In this document: one piece after another, positions 26,107-32,000 of the stretch | How positions within the stretch are numbered: position 1 is the first letter of the stretch | How the letters are laid out: each line of letters starts with the position of its first letter | NCBI GenBank assembly: GCA_031429355.1 | Contig: JANOZM010000022.1 | Location: 5,563 to 37,562 of the forward strand | Direction: 5' to 3' | Origin: Betaproteobacteria bacterium | GTDB lineage: Bacteria > Pseudomonadota > Gammaproteobacteria > Burkholderiales > Burkholderiaceae_E | DNA: 32,000 nucleotides | Program-made: the position numbers and the translations under genes | The notes under the pieces: model-generated | Database searches by the model: none | What the model was told of the DNA's origin: nothing | What the model saw: the letters and a program-made list of their open reading frames with translations, nothing else

Positions 26107-26778
26107 ATGCACATATTGTTAGCTGAAGATGACCCCGTTTTAGCCGATGGCTTACAACGTTCGCTGCGTGCTGCGGGTTACGCAGTTGATCACGTTAACA
26201 ATGGTTCTGATGCCGACTTAGCTGTAAGTACCAAAACTTTTGACTTAGTTATTTTGGACCTGGGTCTTCCAAAGATGTCTGGGCTTGATGTTTTAAAACG
26301 CATGCGTAGCAAACGCAACAGTACCCCGGTTTTAATTTTGACCGCCGCCGATTCGGTCGAACAACGAGTCCGAGGCCTTGATTTGGGGGCAGACGATTAC
26401 ATGCCAAAGCCCTTTGCGTTAACCGAATTGGAAGCGCGCATTCGTGCCTTGGTACGACGAAAAATGGGTGGAGCATCTGCAAATATTACGCACGGGAAAT
26501 TAGTGTTTGATCAGGTGTCTCGCACGGCCTTCGTAAACGAACAGCCCTTAGAATTATCCTCACGCGAAGTGGGTATTTTAGAAATTTTATTGCAAAGAAC
26601 CGGGCGCTTAGTCAGCAAGGAACAATTGGTTGAGCATATGTACGAATGGGAGACTGAAGTAAGCCATAACGCGATAGAAGTCTACATCCATCGATTGCGC
26701 AAAAAGCTTGAAGTTGCTGAGTTAAAAATATCGACCGTGCGTGGCCTAGGTTATAGCTTGAAAAAAGCCGATGAATGA
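26107..26778 (+). CDS. OmpR/PhoB-family response regulator (TctD/QseB-like), 223 aa
   Basis: The receiver domain has MHILLAEDD...DLVILDLGLP (phospho-Asp)...LILTA...KPF. The C-terminal winged-helix domain has EVYIHRLRKKL...RGLGYSL. Confidence 0.92.
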   Translation: MHILLAEDDPVLADGLQRSLRAAGYAVDHVNNGSDADLAVSTKTFDLVILDLGLPKMSGLDVLKRMRSKRNSTPVLILTAADSVEQRVRGLDLGADDYMPKPFALTELEARIRALVRRKMGGASANITHGKLVFDQVSRTAFVNEQPLELSSREVGILEILLQRTGRLVSKEQLVEHMYEWETEVSHNAIEVYIHRLRKKLEVAELKISTVRGLGYSLKKADE

Positions 26779-28300
26779 AGGCAAAGATCAACGGTCGCTA
26801 AGGCGACAAAAACTCAAGCCTTCGGCTTGGACCGACTTATGGACGACCAACGATAGCCCACAAGTTAACAATGAAATTTTCAGCAAAGAAAAAAGACTGC
26901 GTCTTGATCGCGGCTCATTGTTTGGCGAGATTCTTGACTTTATGTTGGCGCCCCTACTACTACTTTGGCCGCTTTCGATAGCATTAACTTTTCTAGTGGC
27001 AAGGTCATTAGCGGATGCGCCGTTCGATCAATCCTTAGATGACCGGATCAATGCAATTTCGCAGCAAATCAAGCCTACGCGAGATCGAGTGGCGGTGAAC
27101 TTACCCGCACCAGCTAGGCAAATTTTACAAACTGATCAAGAAGACGAAGTTTATTTTCAAGTGTTGGATCAGTATGGCGCGTTAATTGCCGGAGATGGTT
27201 TTTTAACCCCACCTAGTTTGTATGACTTTCCGCAAGAAGGTCGTACACAATTTCGAAATGAAGTAGTACGCGGAACTGAATTACGCGTTGCCTACTTGTT
27301 TGCCGACTTTACGGATAAGGGCCAAGGCACCTACATTATCCAAGTGGGCGAGACGATGAACAAGCGAGCTGCACTCGCCAATGAAATCGTCAAGGGCGTT
27401 ATTCTTCCGCAGTTTTTTATTCTTCCGCTTTCTGTGCTGTTAGTTTGGATCGGTTTAAAGCGCGGTCTGAGTCCAATTACGGCTTTAAGAGATCAAATTC
27501 GCCAACGTGAACAAAACGATATGTCGCCCATTGGTGATAGCAAAGTCCCAGAAGAAATTGCACCGGTTATCGACTCATTTAATGAATTGCTGGGCCGTTT
27601 GCAAGGCTCGATGCGAACCCAACAACGTTTTATTGCCGATGCGGCTCATCAAATGAAAACGCCGCTAGCCGGGCTACAAACCCAAGCCGAGCTTGCCTTA
27701 CGCCAAACCGAAACGGAAGAACAACGCGCTACCCTAAAGCAGCTCTCTCGCTCAGCGCAGCGCACCGCCCGCCTCGTAACCCAATTGCTGGCACTAGCCC
27801 GCGCCGAGCATCACCGCGCAACCTTGCCGTTTAACAAGGTAAACCTAACTGAGTTGGCGAGACAAGCTTCATCTGAATGGGTCAATGCTGCATTGAATAA
27901 AGATATCGACATGGGCTTTGAGGCAACAACTGAGCCGAAGTTTATAAACGGGCAATCGATCGTACTGCGCGAGATGATGAATAACATTATCGACAACGCA
28001 ATTCGCTATACGCCTCGCCAAGGAACCATTACCGTTAGGGTGTTTGGATCGACAATTGGAGGAATACGCTTCGAAGTCGAAGATAACGGCCCAGGGATTC
28101 CCAAAGCAGATCAAGCTTTGGTATTTGATCGCTTTTACAGAGTGATGGGCGATGAATCCGATGGCAGCGGGCTTGGTCTTGCGATTGTTAAAGAAATTGC
28201 TGATCAACATGACGCTGAAATTAAGCTGTACTCGCACCAACACAATAACCCCGACCGAATGCCGCACGGAACAAAAATCGCTGTGATTTTTCTGGAGTGA
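26771..28300 (+). CDS. Sensor histidine kinase (TctE/QseC-like), 509 aa
   Basis: The ATG overlaps the regulator's 3' end by 8 nt. There are two TM segments (LAPLLLLWPLSIALTFLV and ILPQFFILPLSVLLVWIGL). The H-box is DAAHQMKTPLAGL, the N box is NNIIDNAIRYTP and the G boxes are DNGPGIP and GSGLGLAIV. The roughly 45-aa basic N-terminal extension makes the exact start uncertain. Confidence 0.88.
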   Translation: MNEGKDQRSLRRQKLKPSAWTDLWTTNDSPQVNNEIFSKEKRLRLDRGSLFGEILDFMLAPLLLLWPLSIALTFLVARSLADAPFDQSLDDRINAISQQIKPTRDRVAVNLPAPARQILQTDQEDEVYFQVLDQYGALIAGDGFLTPPSLYDFPQEGRTQFRNEVVRGTELRVAYLFADFTDKGQGTYIIQVGETMNKRAALANEIVKGVILPQFFILPLSVLLVWIGLKRGLSPITALRDQIRQREQNDMSPIGDSKVPEEIAPVIDSFNELLGRLQGSMRTQQRFIADAAHQMKTPLAGLQTQAELALRQTETEEQRATLKQLSRSAQRTARLVTQLLALARAEHHRATLPFNKVNLTELARQASSEWVNAALNKDIDMGFEATTEPKFINGQSIVLREMMNNIIDNAIRYTPRQGTITVRVFGSTIGGIRFEVEDNGPGIPKADQALVFDRFYRVMGDESDGSGLGLAIVKEIADQHDAEIKLYSHQHNNPDRMPHGTKIAVIFLE

Positions 28301-28318
28301 TATATACTCCGGCTCCTT

Positions 28319-28395
<77 letters not shown>

Positions 28396-28402
28396 GTTTT
28401 AA

Positions 28403-28434
28403 AAAAGCCTCGCTCTTGTGCGAGGCTTTTGCTT
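28403..28434 (+). terminator. Rho-independent terminator after the tRNA
   Basis: Stem AAAAGCCTCGC (28403-28413), loop TCTTGT, stem GCGAGGCTTTT (28420-28430), followed by a T-rich tail. Confidence 0.8.
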
Positions 28435-28537
28435 TCTAGGTCCCCATTTTCGACCATTCATCCTCCATAGTCGCAAGGATCAAACACCAGATGCACCGTA
28501 AATGCTTGCCAAGAATAAATTGGGTTACAGTTTGGAA

Positions 28538-28939
28538 ATGAAGACTTTTTTTTCAAGATTATCAATAACCGCATGCCTTTTTTTGAAAACGGCGGCGTTT
28601 GCTTTGGTACTTGCCCTGCTTGAAACCAATACCGCTCAAGCACAACTTATTAACCGCCAATTCCCGCCAAATTCTGAATTAGCTTACCTAAGCGTTCTGC
28701 AATTTCCCGATGTCATCGTAAATCGCAAAGCTGACCGACTTAGCCAAGGCTCGTTAATTCGTGATCAAAATAATCGCATCGTTTTATCAGGCACTTTGCA
28801 AGGCGAATATCTTGTGGTTTATACACGCGGCATTGCCGACGAAATTAATTTAGTTTGGATTCTGCGTGAAGACGAAGTGGCACGTGAACGCGAGCGAATG
28901 AAACAAAAACGTGCTGCCGAGCGCGAAGCCGCGCGCTAA
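28538..28939 (+). CDS. Hypothetical secreted/periplasmic protein with a charged C-terminal tail, 133 aa
   Basis: Track ORF 28502..28939, trimmed to the ATG at 28538. MKTFFSRLSITACLFLKTAAFALVLALLETNTAQA-QL is a Sec signal peptide. The C-terminus is REDEVARERERMKQKRAAEREAAR. I recognise no family. Confidence 0.55.
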   Translation: MKTFFSRLSITACLFLKTAAFALVLALLETNTAQAQLINRQFPPNSELAYLSVLQFPDVIVNRKADRLSQGSLIRDQNNRIVLSGTLQGEYLVVYTRGIADEINLVWILREDEVARERERMKQKRAAEREAAR

Positions 28940-28952
28940 AGAGTAATTTTTT

Positions 28953-30305
28953 ATGACTAGCAAGCTGTTCATCAAAACATTTGGCTGCCAAATGAATGAG
29001 TACGATTCGAACAAAATGATCGACGTACTGCATGCCTCTGAAGGTAGCGAAGTAACTACCGCCGTCGAAGATGCTGACATTGTTATTTTTAACACTTGCT
29101 CGGTTCGCGAAAAAGCCCAAGAAAAAGTGTTTTCCGATTTAGGTCGGATTCGCGAACTAAAGCTAGAAAATCCAAATTTAATCATTGCTGTTGGTGGTTG
29201 CGTTGCTAGCCAAGAAGGTGCGGCCATCGTTAAACGTGCGCCGTATGTTGACTTAGTGTTTGGCCCACAAACTTTGCATCGCCTGCCGCAAATGATTGCT
29301 AAGCGTCGGGTTACTGGTCGACCACAAGTCGACATTTCGTTTCCCGAAATTGAAAAGTTTGATGCTTTACCGCCACCAAAAGTAGATGGGCCAACCGCCT
29401 TCGTTTCGATCATGGAAGGTTGCAGCAAGTACTGCAGTTTTTGCGTGGTGCCGTACACACGTGGCGAAGAAGTTTCACGCCCGGTTGAAGATGTCCTCAC
29501 CGAGATTGCCGTCTTGGCTAACAAAGGCGTTAGCGAAGTAACCTTACTTGGGCAAAACGTAAACGCGTATCAAGGCAAGTTACCCGGCATGGATGACCCG
29601 CTTGATTTTGCAGGATTGTTAGAACTCGTTAACGACGTACCAGGAATTGAGCGGATACGCTTTACGACTTCGCATCCAAAAGAATTTACGCAGCGCTTAA
29701 TTGATGCCTACGCCAAGTTACCAAAGTTGGTCGATCATTTGCACTTGCCGGTACAAGCCGGTTCTGATCGGGTGCTGATGGCAATGAAACGTGGCTATAC
29801 AGCATTGGAATTTAAATCAATTATTCGCAAGCTGAAGCAAGTACGTCCTAACCTAACCTTAACTTCTGATTTTATTGTGGGCTTCCCTGGCGAAACTGAT
29901 AGTGATTTTGAAAAAACGATCGCTCTCATTGAAGATTTAGGTTTCGATAATTCGTTTTCATTTATTTACAGCCCGCGCCCGGGAACTCCGGCAGCGGGAC
30001 TGGATGACGACACTCCCCAAGCAACTAAGCTGGCTCGGCTACAGCGATTGCAATTGCTAATTAATACGCAAATGCGTCAACTCAGTTTATCAATGGTCGG
30101 GCGAGTGGAAGCGGTATTAATTGAAGGTCTGGCAAAAAAATCATCCACTGAAATTGCTGGGCGCACCTCGAATAATCGCATGGTCAATATTGCCTTGCCC
30201 GCATCACGTCAAGTACAAGACATGGTGGGTAAGATTGTTAACGTACGAATCACCGAAAGCATGGCGCATTCATTACGCGGTGAACTTGTTGCGCTTAAAG
30301 ACTAG
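28953..30305 (+). CDS. miaB: tRNA-2-methylthio-N6-dimethylallyladenosine synthase (radical SAM methylthiotransferase), 450 aa
   Basis: The N-terminal UPF0004 domain reads [15 protein letters not shown]...[14 protein letters not shown]. The radical-SAM cluster motif is [17 protein letters not shown] (CxxxCxxC). The C-terminal TRAM domain reads [11 protein letters not shown]. Confidence 0.95.
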   Translation: MTSKLFIKTFGCQMNEYDSNKMIDVLHASEGSEVTTAVEDADIVIFNTCSVREKAQEKVFSDLGRIRELKLENPNLIIAVGGCVASQEGAAIVKRAPYVDLVFGPQTLHRLPQMIAKRRVTGRPQVDISFPEIEKFDALPPPKVDGPTAFVSIMEGCSKYCSFCVVPYTRGEEVSRPVEDVLTEIAVLANKGVSEVTLLGQNVNAYQGKLPGMDDPLDFAGLLELVNDVPGIERIRFTTSHPKEFTQRLIDAYAKLPKLVDHLHLPVQAGSDRVLMAMKRGYTALEFKSIIRKLKQVRPNLTLTSDFIVGFPGETDSDFEKTIALIEDLGFDNSFSFIYSPRPGTPAAGLDDDTPQATKLARLQRLQLLINTQMRQLSLSMVGRVEAVLIEGLAKKSSTEIAGRTSNNRMVNIALPASRQVQDMVGKIVNVRITESMAHSLRGELVALKD

Positions 30306-30312
30306 CTCGGCC

Positions 30313-31686
30313 ATGGGTTTGTTGGCCTGCTTGCTGCTGGGGTTAATTGCTATTGTTAGCCCCGATGCATTGGCGCAATCGACACCAACAAGCGGTCCAA
30401 CAGCTACTAATACGCAACCGGTTGAATCTCTTAACGAACTGCTCGATTACGCGCAGCGCCTGCTAAACAATAAGCTGCCCGGTGAAGCCTACACGCGATT
30501 AAATAAAAATTTGGAGCGCTTTGCCGGCGAAACCCGATTTGATTACCTTTTAGGAATTAGCGCTTTAGATTCGGGTCGTCCGGGGCAAGCGGTTTTTGCT
30601 TTAGAGCGTGTCGTAGCCAATGACCCAAAGAATGCACCTGCGCGAGCCGAATTAGCACGAGCACTGTTTACTTTACGCGAGCTTGATGCTGCAAAACGCG
30701 AATTTAGTGACGTTAAAATTAGTAATCCTCCGAGCGCCGTGAGCGCTTCAATTGATCGTTACTTAGATGCAATTAAAGGGCTATCCGAACAACGGGCCGC
30801 GCAACAAACATCGGCGTTAACGTTCACGGGCGATCTTGGTTTTAGTTACGACAGCAATATCAATTCTGGCTCCGCACAATCCGAGTGGTTGCTGGCCGAC
30901 GGCGGGCGATTAATCCCTACGGATGCCTCTTTAGGGCAATCCGCTTGGTCCGCTCGATTAGCGGGCGGTCTTGAATACCAAACCAAGCTTAATTCGGACA
31001 TTACGGCATTCGCACAGGCAGGATTTAACGCGCGCAAGGCATTCGTCGGCTCAAAGCTGTCGTTCGTCACGGTGGATACCGCTGCGGGTGTCGCTTATAC
31101 GAGACAATCAGGTGTGTGGACAGTAGCGATCAATGCTGGCCACGCGCAGGTCAATCAAACCAGCCTGCGCAACGTCATCGGAACTTCCGTTCAATGGCAA
31201 CGATCAATTTCGAAAACTGAAAAAGCAGGTTTGTTTATCCAAATGTTTAATTTACGCTTTCCTAATTCTGCTACGCAAAACGCTCAACGCGTTGTGTTCG
31301 GTGGAACGGCTGCGCGTGAAGCAAATAATGGAGTCGTTTTTGTGGGTGCTCTTAGTTTTAATAGCGAGCGTTCGAAAACGAATAGCCCTGAGTTTAGTTT
31401 TACTGCTCCTAATGTCCGCGTGTTGGCCGAATGGCCGTTATCGAATCAGTGGCGTGCTTTTGCTGGCGCCACGATCGAGCAACGCAAATACAAAGGCGTG
31501 CAAGAGTTGTTTAGTGGCCTCGTGCGCCGCGACACCGAAATTGATTTAAAGCTATCCGGGGAAAAGCAAATTTCAAATGCGCTGACCCTAGTACCGAGCA
31601 TTGGCTACACGCATAATGCTTCGACCCTTGGACCTAACGACTATCGACGCACCCAAATTGGCTTGAGCTTTAAGTATCGCCACTAA
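30313..31686 (+). CDS. Outer-membrane protein: signal peptide + TPR region + C-terminal about 14-strand beta-barrel (Slam/DUF560-like architecture), 457 aa
   Basis: Track ORF 30121..31686, trimmed to the ATG at 30313, because the upstream part overlaps miaB in another frame. The signal peptide is MGLLACLLLGLIAIVSPDALA-QS. The TPR-like helices include AYTRLNKNLERFAGETRFDYLLGISALDSGRPGQAVFALERVVANDPKNAPARAELARALF. From LTFTGDLGFSYDSN to RRTQIGLSFKYRH I count about 14 amphipathic alternating-hydrophobic segments. Confidence 0.7.
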   Translation: MGLLACLLLGLIAIVSPDALAQSTPTSGPTATNTQPVESLNELLDYAQRLLNNKLPGEAYTRLNKNLERFAGETRFDYLLGISALDSGRPGQAVFALERVVANDPKNAPARAELARALFTLRELDAAKREFSDVKISNPPSAVSASIDRYLDAIKGLSEQRAAQQTSALTFTGDLGFSYDSNINSGSAQSEWLLADGGRLIPTDASLGQSAWSARLAGGLEYQTKLNSDITAFAQAGFNARKAFVGSKLSFVTVDTAAGVAYTRQSGVWTVAINAGHAQVNQTSLRNVIGTSVQWQRSISKTEKAGLFIQMFNLRFPNSATQNAQRVVFGGTAAREANNGVVFVGALSFNSERSKTNSPEFSFTAPNVRVLAEWPLSNQWRAFAGATIEQRKYKGVQELFSGLVRRDTEIDLKLSGEKQISNALTLVPSIGYTHNASTLGPNDYRRTQIGLSFKYRH

Positions 31687-31688
31687 CC

Positions 31689-32000
31689 GTGCGCGCGCTC
31701 GCCCAACACCTTGGCTTTGTTAAGTCTGGTTTTAGCGCGCTATTACTTACTGCTTTACTGCTCGGACTCGCTTCGCAAAGTGTGGCACAAACAGCGCCAG
31801 TAAAAGTTGAAAAAATTCAAGCCGGTAAAGTTTTGTTTGCAACCGGTCAAGTTAGCGTTGAGCGAGGCGATGTAAAACCGCCTATTGCTGCACCGTTAAA
31901 AAGCCAAGAGCTAATTCACAGTGGCGATATTATCGTGACCGGTGTAGATGGACGCACCCAACTACAATTTACCGACGGCGGATTGTTTAGTTTGCAACCA
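31689..32000 (+). CDS. Secreted FecR-domain protein, N-terminal 104 codons only (runs off the window)
   Basis: Absent from the track because it has no stop in the window. A GTG at 31689 lies 2 nt after the upstream stop. My translation is VRALAQHLGFVKSGFSALLLTALLLGLASQSVAQ-TAPVKVEKIQAGKVLFATGQVSVERGDVKPPIAAPLKSQELIHSGDIIVTGVDGRTQLQFTDGGLFSLQP. It consists of a Sec signal followed by the G-x-V-x-V...L-x-x-GD-x-I-x-TG...A-x-L-x-F-x-DGS pattern typical of FecR (PF04773) domains. Confidence 0.7.
   Translation, partial: MRALAQHLGFVKSGFSALLLTALLLGLASQSVAQTAPVKVEKIQAGKVLFATGQVSVERGDVKPPIAAPLKSQELIHSGDIIVTGVDGRTQLQFTDGGLFSLQP

Noticed and set aside
28396-28537. Possible genomic-island integration at the tRNA 3' end
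   Set aside because: There is no integrase, no direct repeat of the tRNA 3' end and no abrupt change in gene content. The downstream genes (miaB) are core housekeeping.
28850-29524. 224-aa minus-strand ORF
   Set aside because: It is antisense to miaB, whose identity is unambiguous, so this is a shadow ORF.

Overview
The window looks like a chromosomal segment from a betaproteobacterium, probably Burkholderiales-like. That placement is an inference from a Bug/TctC-family binding protein, a PEP-CTERM protein and the LysR/IclR/GntR-rich catabolic gene content. I support 34 protein-coding genes (two truncated by the window edges and absent from the ORF track), one tRNA (CAU anticodon) and three clear Rho-independent terminators. 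I saw no rRNA, CRISPR array, transposase, integrase, phage gene or recognisable defence system.

Layout:
- 1-5222: a GntR-controlled divergent module. An FAD/Fe-S oxidoreductase and gntR face a class-V aminotransferase and an orphan Bug binding protein.
- 5322-8753: small housekeeping or accessory genes (lipoprotein, LysR, SRPBCC, LysE exporter, ybjQ).
- 8728-21519: a single 15-gene, about 12.8 kb, tightly translationally coupled minus-strand catabolic operon. It encodes a Rieske ferredoxin, a NitT/TauT-type ABC importer, an SDR, a cupin, an alpha/beta hydrolase, an embedded IclR, a ThDP enzyme, an aldehyde dehydrogenase, an extradiol dioxygenase, two unknown small proteins, an alpha-only Rieske oxygenase and an Asp/Glu-racemase-superfamily protein.
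- 21683-22996: a trypsin-like protease carrying a PEP-CTERM sorting tail.
- 23311-32000 (plus strand): an LplT-like MFS/acyltransferase fusion, pyrF, an OmpR/HK two-component pair, tRNA-Met, a small secreted protein and miaB. These are followed by a TPR + roughly 14-strand beta-barrel (Slam/DUF560-like) outer-membrane protein tightly coupled to a secreted FecR-domain protein that is cut by the window end.

The best candidates for something undescribed are the 15-gene operon, whose part list I cannot map to a characterised pathway, and the Slam-like/FecR pair inserted after miaB. All functional calls rest on motif and family recognition by eye. No database searches were run.
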